Source of the DNA: Octopus bimaculoides
Taxonomy: Eukaryota
Assembly (NCBI RefSeq): GCF_001194135.2
Contig: NC_069001.1
Location: 37,597,379-37,661,378, forward strand
Direction: 5' to 3'
DNA length: 64,000 nt
A program made the translations under genes and the position numbers. The notes beneath the pieces were generated by a model. It was not told where the DNA came from, searched no databases, and saw only the letters and a list, made by a program, of their open reading frames with translations. Positions 1-12,441 of this stretch are shown in pieces. Within the stretch, counting starts at the first letter, position 1, and each line of letters starts with the position of its first letter.

Positions 1-157
1 ATCATAGTTACCAAATTGCAAGTATAACCAGCTCCCATTGAGGAGGGGAGATAATCTATAGATTTAAGGGTTCTCCAAAATTGACATTAAGGAAAGGCAT
101 ATTGTTTGAACAAAGCCTTTTTATTTATTTATTTATTTATTTCCTATTTTACCGCAG

Positions 158-603
158 ATGATATGGCAGTGTACATGAGCCAATTGCTAGGTGTTTGTCA
201 ATATTTGCTGTTGGTTGAGGCTGTGTATAAATGATTTAACAACACCTTGATAACATGTAGATGTGATTTATTAACCCCACACAAGTCATATGAAGTTTGT
301 CTTGCATTACAAAGTATCCATGTAGTGTGAACAAGATGAAAGAAATATAATGCAACATGCAAAGTTGCTAAATATCAAATTTTAGATTAAACACAAAGAA
401 TATATATACTGCTATATTCATACACAGCTTCATGTCTACCACCACAAATTGCATGTCAGTTTAAGCATGCAGTTGTTAAAAAGTGTGAAGACAATTACTC
501 TGGCCTGGCATCTACGACATTCTGCAAATTGGTGCTCAAAATGGACTTTATTCATAGGCTTGGTCTGGAGAAAACTCTGGAGAGACTATTTCGTGAAAAC
601 TAG
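158..603 (+). CDS. Possible 3' exons of an unidentified gene entering from the left, convergent with PIH1D1
   Basis: Acceptor ttttaccgcag, exon 158-190, GT; acceptor tcatacacag, exon 428-603 (TAG). Joined in phase 1 they read DMAVYMSQLLASCLPPQIACQFKHAVVKKCEDNYSGLASTTFCKLVLKMDFIHRLGLEKTLERLFREN*. I recognise no family. Confidence 0.35.
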
Positions 604-2632
604 CTTCAGATTGGCGCTGGTAACTTGGCTTCACACGTGGTTTGAAGTCCCATAATTGTGACAACTCAGGTTCAAGTCTACTAAAAGCCTCAACAGAGCC
701 TCTGAAATTGGTGGCAGGGATGGAGAGAAGCATCACTAAAATGTGAGACTTGGTCTAAATGCTTGCAGGATAGTAGATTCCACAAAAGACCCCCATGTCA
801 CCACGTGGTAATATTAAATGGGGTGATGGGTTAATTCTACCACTCTAAGTTGGCCACAGTAGATTTGAACTGAGACCTGGTCCAACATTCTTAGACTTCC
901 ACCAATCCACGCTCTTAGATTGCTCCTTTTTTATCAGTCCCTGAAAGGAAGAAAGTACCCATGATTCACTTGGATTCTTCACTGAGGTGTTGGAGCAGCT
1001 GCCTTTCAAGGTCCCTTACATCATCATCATTTAATGTCGGTTTTCCATGCTGGCATGAGTTCAATGGTTGGACAAGAGTTGGCAAGGCCAAGAGCCATCT
1101 CTTTTGTCATAGTTTCAAAGGGTGGATGCCCTTCCTAATGCCAACCACATTATAGACTGGCACTGGGTGCTTTCATGTGGCATCAACACCAATGCTTTTT
1201 ACATGGCACCAACACCAACAGGCTCACCAAGTACATTACAAGATAAATTATGAATGGAATTAGAATTGAACACAAGAATAACCATGAAATCCTGTAAGAG
1301 TTTGTGACATGTAGCATAGCCAAAGGTGGATGGGCCACCCCAGGTGACACTTTTATGGAGACAGCACTTTTGGGTCAACTGTATAAACTTGTATAGCAAT
1401 GGTGTGTGGTGGTGGGGGAGACACAGCAAACTCAAAGGCCAACCCGGGTGGCACACACTCCAGCTATTCCACTGAATGTGATGGACTTTATACAGTTTCT
1501 GCCTACCGAATTCCACCCACAGAGTATTAATTGTCCAAAGATGTCTGCCCCATGTTCCACCCAATGGGATTGACCCTGCAACCAGATGGTTGTGAAGCAA
1601 GCTTCTTAACCACACAGCCAATATCTTTATTTGTCTAAAAACTGATATAGACAATCAGATAAACATTGAGAAACAACAGGAAACATGGTAATATTTTCAA
1701 AAATCACATTTATTAAACATTTATAAAACAACAATAACAGACAGAAACAATGCTGGGATTTGAACCAAGAATCTGTTGATTGCTGGGTCTCTTGGTTGTT
1801 TCTCTCTCAAATACAGAGCTAATATCAATGTAATATTGCATAGTTTGTGAATTAATGGCTAAGATTTTAGATTTTAAAATAATTGATTTCAAACATTATA
1901 GACAGAAATATGAGGGGAATAGATAGAGAGATAGATAGATAGACAGACAGACAGCAAGGGGAGGATAAGAAAGAGAGAGAGAGAAAGAGATAGGGCCAAC
2001 AGGTCCCTACAGGACAGATTCAGCAAACAATAGATAGATTTTAAGTCATTTCCTTTCCTTCAGGACCTTTTGCAGAACTCCAAGACTGGATGAAGAGAGG
2101 AAGAATCTCCAGACTGGAGGTTCAAATACATCAAAGTTTTGTCTGCTAAAGATACCCAGGGGCAAGTAGATGGTGTTAAACTGGATGAAAAAAATAAAAC
2201 CCCATCTAGCACCAGGTATAACACTACTAAAGGGTCCAAGATCCAGGTGGTTGTGTTAAAACCAGGCAAATGATTAAAGGTATCACCCATACAAAATTCC
2301 ATAAACTCCAATGAAGGTACCCCAGGGTAAAGAGTTGGTGGTGGTGTAAAACTGTATTGAATATCTGCCACCCACTTCTCTTGCTCTTGTTTATTCTGTC
2401 TTAAAATGGTAATTTTTATGCATCATTATACATAAAAATCAACAATTTGAGAAGTATTGAAAAAAATTTGCAAAAATTAATTCAATATGAATAATTGGAA
2501 CAAAAATATACATTGTCTAATGTCCAGAAAGCATCAGTCAGGTCATTATATAATAACACTTTCATTGGACTGGCATCCTGGCTGTTAACAAGTAGAACAG
2601 AAATATATTTTGTGTAGTTTCTTGTACAATGA

Positions 2633-2821
2633 TCAGGTTGTTACATAGTTCTGTGGTTGGACTGGCATGGTGACTGTTAATAACTGAAATGGAGATAAAA
2701 AAACAACAGTTAAAGTTTGCTCTGCATTTCAAAGTGATGTAATGATTACATTGTTCAATTAAATGGAGTTGCATGAAACGATCGTACTGCATTACCTCTG
2801 GATATCCTTGTTGCTTATTTT

Positions 2822-2859
<38 letters not shown>

Positions 2860-2905
2860 AAGTAGTTGTATACTGCCAACTTAACGTGACAGTCCCAATA
2901 AGGGA

Positions 2906-2938
<33 letters not shown>

Positions 2939-5900
2939 GGAACAAATACGCAATAGAGGACAATAAAACATTCGGAGAGATAGACAATAAAAAGGCGGAC
3001 AGGAAAACAACAATTAGAAGGAAAGGGAGAAAAAGTCGGGTCCTTCGTGGCCTTCTTTCCTCAGTCAAGTTACTATATGGTGGTTGTTCTTTGCAAAGCT
3101 TGACCTCTTCTTGTCCCTATAATTGCTCTTTCCTAGCGTGAGATCTTAAATGACTTTCGAGCCCGAATATCAACAGATATCAGGGTCAAATAAACAAAAT
3201 TCTGTTGAACTGAAATTTCAGATATCGAAAGGAAGGAAAGATGGCGTGAGTGAGAAGATAGTGATGCAAGAGAGATAATTGCGTCATCCACGACTAATTT
3301 GCTCTTGAGAAAATAAATAAATTCGAAATAAAAATAAAAAATTAAAACGGCTCTCTATGGGTACGAAAGGCCTCCATCAACCATATCTGACTATGTCTCT
3401 CTCTATATATATACACACACACACACATATATATATAAATGTATATACACACAGGATTGAAAAGGCTGCCAATCACTCTGAGAGTGTAACGGGTGCTGGA
3501 GTAAATCCAAATATCTTAGATGTCACTGCATGTACAAACTAATTAATTTTAAATAAGCACTGATAATCTTTGATAATTACCTTAGTTTTTCTGTTGAACT
3601 GTGCCCCACAGTTTTCCTGGATGATGTTGTATGGAAAATAGATATCTAACAAGTAGACGTCAGATCTCGTTTCTAGAAGCAAGCGGTCTTCTCCAATATT
3701 GAGAATCAATGATGTAGCAATTTTCTGTGAAAGGGGAAAGTGAACAGAGAAAGAAAAATGGTTTTTATATGGAAATTCAGACGAGAAAAAAAGAATTTGA
3801 TACATAAAGGCACAAAGAGAACAGACATTGTAACAGTAAGGATGATAATGATCAGTGTAGTTGGTATTGTGTAGCCCCAGGATAGTCCAGGATCTGGCAG
3901 TGTTTCTACAGCTGGATGCCCTTCCTAACGCCAACCACTCCGAGAATGTAGTGGGTGCTTTTATTACGTGCCACCAGTACAGGGGCCAGAGGGGGCTGGC
4001 ACAAAGTAAATCGCTGGTCTGGGACTTATATGGAAACGGAGTGAAGCCAATGCATACATTATGTATGAGCAATCAATAACATTTAGGTAGGGCGTCCGGC
4101 CACAGAAGCCAAGCCAAATCAGACTGGAACCTGGTGCAGCTTTCTGGTTTACCAGTTCCAGTCAAACTGTCCAACCCATGCCAGCATGGAAAGCGGATAA
4201 TGATGATGATATATATATAGACACACACAGAGTGAGAGGCTGTCTGTAGTTTGAGTTTTATTTTTTTAACCTTAAGCTTTTATTTGGAGTTGCTGATTTC
4301 CTATATGGGTTGCCCTTGCTACAGCATACAGAGGCCTCAGTGTAGTGATTAGCATGAGGGGAGGGCCTGGTGAAGGAGGGGCATTGGATATAACAAAGGT
4401 AATGGGAGGTGGAGAAGTGAAAGGGAAGGAGTGCCTAAGTGGAAAGGAGGGGAGTGACCCCAGCCAGCTTCAAGGAGCAACAGTGATTATAGCAGCAGAG
4501 GGGAGACAGAACAGCTGTCAGTCAGAGGATGGAAGTGTGTCAGTGAATTAGAATTTCTAACTGTTACATGTACAGTAGAAATGGTTAATTTTCACAACCT
4601 CCTCAAGAAACAGAGAAAATATATAGCAGAGACATTTATCCAAAATAAGTTTTATCTGCCATGGAAAGCAAGTCTTTGGTGAGGGAATATCAAAAACGTA
4701 TAAAAGAAGTGCAAAACAGAAATTTACTTACAATTTTGGGAAGGTTTATTTCTGCTACCATAAATTCTGGATGTCCCTGGGCAGGGTCTTTCAGCAATTT
4801 ATACAATGGCTTTTCTCCACTGTTAAACATAAAACAACACATGACTTATCAATAACTCAGATAAGAGTTGTTAACAAGAACAATAATGATAATCATCATC
4901 ATCATCATCGTTTAACGTCCGCTTTCCATGCTTTCCAACCACATGGTTCTGAGTTCAGTCCCACAGAACCATGTGGTTGGGAAGTAAGCTTTTTAATCAC
5001 ACAACCACACCTGTACCTGTTATTATATCATTTTAGAATTATATAAAGTATGAAAACACATACGTATGCTGCACTGCATGGCTGGATATTTCTTTGATCA
5101 GTGGAGTAGATGGTGCTGCAGGCTGTGGACTGGATTTTGACCCTACGTTACTGTAAGAAACCAAAGACAAATGGTTATTAAATTGCTGTTGCTAATGACT
5201 CCCTGGTTGTCATATAAAACGCTTGGTGGGGTTACTTCCAGCTCTTTAAGTTCTGAGTTCAAATTTTGCTAAAGTCAACCTTTGCCTTTCATCCATTTGA
5301 AATCAATAAAATAGATACTAATTGAGCCCTTGGGTTCAAGTAACTGCCTTGGCCCCTTCCTCGAAAGTACCCTGAGTATTTTATTTAACTACCATTAGAA
5401 ACACAAAGAGTGGAAATACATATTTTCCTTCCTTTTTTCCATTGCTCTATCATAATTGAAAATGAGAATGAGCAATGTTAACAGAAAAGATGTCACAAGA
5501 TTAGTCTTCAGGAAGAGACATGGCTCAGTGGTTAGGATATCATTCAGCTCACAACTGTAAGGTCATGGGTTCGATTCCTGCTACTGCATTGTGTCCTTGA
5601 GCAAGACACTTTATTTTATGATGCTCCAGTTCACTCAGCTGGCAAAAATGAGTTGTACCTGTAATTCAAAAGGGACCAACTTTGCCACATTCTGTGTCAT
5701 GCTGAATCTCCCTGAGGACTACATTAACGGTACACAAGTCTGTGGAGTACTCAGCCACTTGCACATTAATTTCACAAACAGACTGTGCCATTGATTGAAC
5801 CAACTGGAACCCTCATCATTGTAACTGACAGAGTGCCAGTTACTAGGAAATGGTTTAACTCTCTCAGACCTCAAGATTTATTTTGCACTTTCAGTTTTCC

Positions 5901-8900
5901 TGAAAGAAGAAAAGGTTACTTACTCAAAGACTTCACTAATCAAGGATTTTGATTTGTTGCGAATGTTCTGTGGTGCTATACTTCCCATGAACTTCTTGTT
6001 CTTCAATATCACCCAAGAGTCTGGTAAAAATGAACAAATGGAATAAAGAAAGACAAGATGACAGCAACAGGTAGCAACAGCACCATGCCCTACCTCAATG
6101 AAAATTCACATATCAACCTCTCTCAATATACAAACATATCTTATTTTAACAAATTTTATAAACTGTTTTAAGCTCTCTACCTGTTCATTGATAACAACAA
6201 CAATAACAGTCAATTAACTGGAGTCAAGGCAACTCATCTACGATAGTGGCCACTCCAAAATAACCATCTTTCTCTCTTCTTTTCCCTGTCTGCTGCTCTT
6301 CATCCCTTCCTCTGCTGTCAGTCATCACCTACTTTCCCCAGCTCATATGTATTATCAATTACCCCTTCATCCTTGCCTACCATTCATCACATCCACTCCC
6401 AAACCCAACCCAAGATTTACAGTCACCCCCTACCCTTCATATCTTCCCTCTCATCTATATTTACCATTCCTCAAAACAGGTTCTTCGTCCATTGAAATCA
6501 CTCTATCACCATATACTCTGAGGGTTCACCATGATACTTCACCATTTTTATCCCTATCCAGCTCCAACCTCATCATTCTCATCCTCTCTTCAATAATGTA
6601 GCTTTTACAGCAAGTATAAAAAAGCCAAATGAAACTCATGGTTTACTCACTTCGTTTTAGCTTCATTTTGTATTTTTCCTCCAAACCTTCCATAGATATT
6701 GATATCATAAATACTCGGAACAACTCATTCTTCTGGATCTTTTCGAAAAACTTTGGATTGATGACAACATCATAGACTGTACAGGCTTGGCCACCTAGGG
6801 TGGATAAAAACATCATTTAAACTGTATTCAAACTCGATCAGATTATTGATGGGAATGGCAGGAAGTGGAACAATTCAAAAATATGATTATTATTATAATT
6901 ATTAAGGCGGCGAGCTTGCAGAATTGTTAGCACACCAGACAAAATGCTTAGCAGCATTTCATCCATCTTGACGTTCTGAGTTCAAATTTCACCGAGGTCA
7001 ACTCTGCCTTTCATTCTTTTGGGATCAATAAAATAAGTACCAGTTGAACACTGGGGTCGATGTAATTGACTCATCCCCATCTCCTGAATCTGCCCCTGTG
7101 GCAAAATTTTGAAATAATTCTTATCATTATTATTGATTTTTTTTATTGCCCACAGGGGGCTAAACATAAAGGGAACAAACAAGGACAGACAAAGGTATTA
7201 AGTCAATTACATCGACCCCATTGCATAACTGGTACTTATTTAATCGACCCTGAAAAGATAAAAGCAAAGTCGACGATGTTGTGCTCCAGTATGGCCACAT
7301 TACAATGATTGAAATTAGTAAAAGAATAGATAAAACAAACAGAAATAAATAAAAACAAGAGCTAAAATTACTTTTATCAAGTTCTGGGTGAGATTCTCCG
7401 AGACTCATCGGAATTCGGTAATCAGTTGGAACTTCAGAATCCAGCAGTTCCATTAATTTCTCGTCAGATATTTCCTCGGGTTTTGGAACCTGAAACATCA
7501 ACAGAAAAATGTTGCTGTTATTCTTGTTCTTGATATCGCTGTTTAGCCCTGGGTCAGAACTGATGGAACAGACCGATCACCCAAGGTGTTCTGGTTCTGA
7601 TCAACCAGTCATTTTCTGAGGCTCAGAATCCCCACCCCCACCCCCCTCACCGGAACAATAACAACAAGGAAGGACACATAAGATAATGTAGTCCTAGATA
7701 CACCATGTCGTAAAAAAAAAAAGACACAAAGGTCACAGATAGAACATTGTAGATCATAAATCTGCTGGATCAAGGCTGACCTGGGGTTAAAAGCAACAAT
7801 AACAAAGTACATTAGATAATGTACTCCTAGATGCACAACATCAATAAAAGACAAGATGGTTGCAGCAGGAACATCTTTGATCATAGGCCTGTAGAACCAG
7901 GAACGACCTAGGGTTAAATGGTAACAAGGAGGAACATTAGATAATATAGTGCTCGATGCACTTTGTTTGAATACATAATGGTGGTCACAGCTGGACTGTC
8001 TTTGATTATATATTCGCTGAATCAAGCCTGAGACCCAGCATTAAACATCAACAATAATTTAATTAATCTCCAAATTAAACATCAACATTAAATTAATTAA
8101 TCTCCAAATATACGTACATTGTCAGCTTGACAAATATTAATGAAGACTTTTTTATTTTCTTCATCTTTCACTTTGATGCAGAAACCTGAAAGTTAAAAAA
8201 TGAAACCATCAGAACATACAATAAACACATTAATATCATAAGCAAACACACAAATACGTATTGGTTTTAAATTGTAGCCCATGCCCAGCAATTTAGGGGG
8301 TAGGATTAAGTCGATTACATCAACTCCAGTGCTCGGATGTTCAAGTTCAACTGGTATTTATTTCATCGACCCCCCCCCCCCACCAAAGGGACGAATGGCA
8401 AAGTCAACCGTTACTTATTTTATTGACTCCAAAAGGATGAAAGGAAGAGTTTTGGTACTCAAGTTCAACCCCAGAGCTCTGGTATTCTGAGTTCAACTGG
8501 TACTTATTTTATCAATTCCAAAAGGATAAACGGCAAAGCTGACTTCGGCAAAATTTGAACTCAGATCATAAAAACAGACAAAATGCTGCTTAGCATTTTG
8601 AACAGTGTCATAACAATTCTGCCAGCCATATTATAAATGCATAAACACAATAATACATATATCATCATCATAACCATCATTGTTTAATGTCCGTTTTCCA
8701 TGCTGGCATGGGTTGGAAGGTTTGACTGAAGTCTAGAGAGCCAGTCGCTGTACCAGGTTCCAATCTGATCTGGCAATGTTTCTACAGCTGGATGCCCTTC
8801 CTAACCACTAAGCCATGCACCTTCACATTTCATTCCATAGTTAAAGTGTTACATATATATTAGACCATCACAGAATATACTATAACAGATAATTAATGAT

Positions 8901-10400
8901 TTCTAATATAGACAGTACTCGTCTGGGTGGATCTAAATGTAGGATTTCACAGCTGAGTAAAGAGGACCATCTTTAGTTAATGCAAGGCTTACATATAAAT
9001 ACAGGGCCCAGTAACCCTTGAGTAAAGGACCAGCTTATATCTAAATAAGGAGTACACCTCAATATTTATATTTGAGTAAAGGGAAAAATCTGAATAAAAG
9101 TGACAGACTTTGACTTGTGTAAAAAGGTCCACTTACCAGGTTTGGGTGTAACTTGTAAAAACGTGGCAGGTTTGAACATATCTGATGATTCTGGTTCATG
9201 CTGAAGCTGTGTTTAGTAAATATAGAAAATGGAAGGTTCTGGGTGAGTTTTGAAGAATTAATTGGAAGAGAATATAATCATTTTAACATAGATCTTTCAC
9301 CCTCGTACCTTAATTCTTTATTTTACTTAATAAAAATTAAATGGCTTTCAGATTTCAATGTCAGAGATTCAGAATCTGCAAATTTCTTTTAATTCGAAAA
9401 AAAAGTTTTTAAAATTATTTTTTGGTTAGAAACCGATTTAGGTCAGGATTTATCGCTGCAGTATTTTGTATGTGTGTGCGTGTGTGTAAATATTTCTTTT
9501 GCTCTCGTACATCACTACCCATTCCCTTTCCCTGTGGCATGGTATTTTGAGGGCTAGTCGCTATTTCAAAATTACCCCAAAATTAGGTTGTTTTGTTTAA
9601 AAAATGGGGGTGTATGTGAAAATTTTACTTTTATACACTCAATTCGCTTTAAAGGTGATATGTATGATTTTTCGGTAGTTTTCGATGTGTTTTCGACGAA
9701 TCTGACCATCAAAACAATCGGAAATCAGTCGTTCTTTAGATAAACCCGCCTTGCAGGTGAAACGGATGTTAAAGTAAAAATTTACCATCTATCCAGCTAC
9801 CTTCTCCGCCAACTAGTCCTGGGAAGGTTATGGAGGTAGAGAAGCAACGGTCATTAGACTTTCCGGCTGGATTCCCAAGCATGAGACTATGGATATTATC
9901 TGACCATCTCGTTCTTGGTGGTCTATCCTTAGGTCTCCTACCGGATGGCTCAGCTTGAAGAATCTGTCTTGCGATTCTTTCATGCGACATTCTAACCACA
10001 TGTCTGTAGCACCGGAGCTGTGACCTCTCAATGCGGAGAGGCAGCGGTTCGACCAGGAGAGATTTCTTGATCTCCGAGCTACGCAGAGTAACGTTACTCC
10101 AGAGATCCAACGACGGAACACCAGGATAATAATATTAAATCTGATGAATCGTCACAGAACAAAGAAAACAGTTGCAATTTGGTAGAATCATGTTCAGAGT
10201 TACACCACAAACAAACAAACAAGATGTGAAAATACAATAACACGGACACTTCGCCCATTATTCCTCCTTCCTATTTGACCCTTAGTCTCTAAAAAAACAA
10301 TATCTGTGAAAACATGGTCAATATTTACGCTGTCCAGGAAGAGTTTTTCATAGTCCAGCTCATTTGATTCAATATCTAATAAGGATGAATCAACAGACAT
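2633..10400 (-). CDS. PIH1D1: PIH1 domain-containing protein 1 (R2TP co-chaperone subunit), 10 coding exons, 310 aa
   Basis: Exons (minus strand): 10400-10329, 9200-9137, 8185-8118, 7489-7372, 6794-6651, 6020-5924, 5150-5064, 4819-4732, 3724-3581, 2683-2633. All introns are GT-AG, phases chain, total 933 nt. Peptides GFCIKVKDEENKKVFINIC, YRIPMSLGESHPELDKSGQACTVYDVVIN, WVILKNKKFMG and LILNIGEDRLLL...AQFNRKTK|LLTVTMPVQ match human PIH1D1 as I recall it (GFCIK..GKVFINIC, FRIPMSLGEPHAELDAKGQGCTAYDV, KNRPFMG, LSLEIGENRL). Confidence 0.93.
5515..5840 (+). mobile_element. tRNA-derived SINE, family 3 (inverted copy ~49940-50250)
   Basis: TGGCTCAGTGGTTAGG / GGTTCGATTCC boxes, TGTCCTTGAGCAAGACACTT core, CCAGTTCACTCAGCTGGCAAAAATGAG. 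Confidence 0.7.
6906..7110 (+). mobile_element. tRNA-derived SINE, family 1 (copies e.g. 32862-33075, 40137-40260, 55272-55485, 55521-55740; minus 58915-59070, 61140-61320)
   Basis: GGCGGCGAGCTGGCAGAA head, B-box-like GAGTTCAAATTC, conserved GAGGTCGACTTTGCCTTTCATCC...GTACCAG body; dozens of copies in the window. Confidence 0.8.
9790..10125 (-). mobile_element. RTE-clade LINE 3' fragment (degenerate) in PIH1D1 intron 1
   Basis: Frameshifted peptide FRRWISGVTL / LRIERSQLRCYRHVVRM...GRRPKDRPPRTRW, matching the RTE C-terminal LRWFGHVVRM...GRPRTRW motif. Confidence 0.8.
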
Positions 10401-12441
10401 GTTGTTTCAGTTTGGCTTGGAGACCAGCACTTCCCGTTGAGCATGCGCATTCATCTATTAATGTTTCCCCTGCTAACATTATATCTATCTATCTATCTAT
10501 TCTCCCCACCCCCCCTTTCTAGTTACTCTTGCTAACATGCATACTGTAATGAACCAAAATGTCTTAATAAATCTCCACCAAATTACATTCGATTTTTTAA
10601 TTAAAATTCATTAATTAACATAGATAGATAGACAGACATACAGATAAATAGATAGATAGATAAAGAGATAGATAGACAGACAGACAGACACACACACACA
10701 CACATACATACATACATACATACATACATACATACACACACACATACATACATGCATACATACATACATACATACATACATACATACATACAGACATATG
10801 AAAGGCACCACACTCTGTAAAGAGGTTGATGATAGGAAGGGCATCCAGCCATAGAAACCATACTGCAATAGACATTTGGAGTGTGGGCAGCTCTTTGGAT
10901 GGCCAGCTCCTTGTCAAACTGCCCAACCCATGCCGGTATAGAGAACAGATGTTAAATGATGATGATGATGATGATGGTGATGATGAAGAATTCTCTTGTC
11001 ATACACAAATATCAGCACAAGGAATACTGGTGGAACATTGCTATCAAAACATCTGTCAAGTGTAAGCATAACAGGTTGGACGTTGTTGTTTGGGACAGAC
11101 ATGAAAAAGTATGAACCATCACAGAGGTCAGCTGACCTGCTGATGTGAATATCTCTTTGAAAACCAAAGAGAAAGGAAATAACTGCGAATATCTGCTTCA
11201 AAATCTCCAGTTTGTACATCAAGATTACAAATTTACATTTGTACCAATAATAATTGGAAAACTTGGTTTTGTAAGTAAATGCCTGTCAGTTTGGATAAGC
11301 TTGGAATTTCAGAAAAAGAAATCAACCAACTGATTCGCACATTACAAATACAGTTTGTAAGCGGAACAGTAAAATTATGCAAGACTTTTCTCAGGTTTAA
11401 AATGTGACATTGTTTTGTTATCTACATTTCAAAGATGGAGATTTGTATCTTTGTTAGAAGCCAGCTCCTACATCAAAGGAAGAATTTATATCTATATATA
11501 TATATATATTGCCAACTTAGTAGAAATGCTTCACTAAGGAGTTCCAATAAGGTCGAAACATGCTAGTCGCACCTCAACCACCACCACCACCACCACCACC
11601 ACCACCAAAACCACCACTCTGAAGAATGCAGTCACTGACTTACAAAACGACGGGATGGACACGACTGGAGTGTCATTGATCATTGGTGTCTGCTTCATCC
11701 AAGCTAAAGACTTAGTTATCAATTGGCGTATTAAGAATGGCAACCAAATCTCCCTCAAGTCACATTCTACTGTCATAAACTAGGAAGAACACACGGGATA
11801 GCATAGTCCCAGATATACTGTGGCGGAAAAATCTATCGAGATGGTCACGATTGGAACACCATTAATCAAGGCTGCTCTAATCGTGCTCTACTTTGGGCTA
11901 AACAACTTAGCAACACCAACTCCACCACCATCATCATCATTTCAAGAAAGACGTCAACATCACCCTCATCACTACAACCATTACTTCAAAGAAGGTACCA
12001 CCGCCGCCGCCTCCTTAACTGCCGTTACTACCTGCACCATCACTACTACTACTACTATTATCAACAACAACGCGTCCACCGCCATCACCACTCCAACAAG
12101 AATTCCACCACCACCACCACTCCCACAAGAATTCCATCACCACCACCATCACATGATCACCAGTGTAGATGATAAATCTTTCTCCCCCACCTCTTCTACT
12201 CAGTCGTTTGTTATCCTCAGTGGGGAAAGGAGTGGAGACAAAATAACAAGTGTTTTCGCGCAAACTCACGAGGTTGAGGAAACTAACCTTGTGCTTATAC
12301 ACACACATATATATATATACATATATATAGTTGTTGAGTATATAAACATATATAAGTATATATATATACAAATATATGTTTATATTAACTTTTATTTGTC
12401 TCAATATACTTAATTAGTTCTGTAGTTGCTTATAATAATCA
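10400..12441. promoter_or_regulatory. Divergent (head-to-head) promoter interval for PIH1D1 and ALDH16
   Basis: The two start codons point away from each other 2 kb apart. NRF1-like TGCGCATGCTC (minus, ~10439-10449) and CGGGAAGTG (minus, 10428-10436) lie near the PIH1D1 ATG. E2F-type TTTCGCGC is at 12254-12261. CpG density is visibly raised. Confidence 0.6.
11013..11406 (+). mobile_element. Fossil 3' end of an RLE-type (R4/Dong-like) non-LTR retrotransposon
   Basis: YWWNIAIKTSVKCKHNRLDVVVWDRHEKV*TITEVS*PADVNISLKTKEK...FVPIIIGKLG resembles the R4-type restriction-like endonuclease domain (RPDIVV...K.EK...VPIVIGALG). Contains in-frame stops and a frameshift. Confidence 0.7.

Noticed and set aside
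2562-2593. GT-AC or U12-type last intron for PIH1D1
   Set aside because: A canonical AG-flanked exon exists at 2683-2633, and none of the mapped donors has the U12 RTATCCTT sequence.
10601-10926. ORFs rich in YVCM/IYIY/HHHH/LLLL (also 36482, 39082-39453, 45145-45635, 46389-46879, 54545-54961, 59908)
   Set aside because: These are translations of microsatellites and low-complexity tracts.
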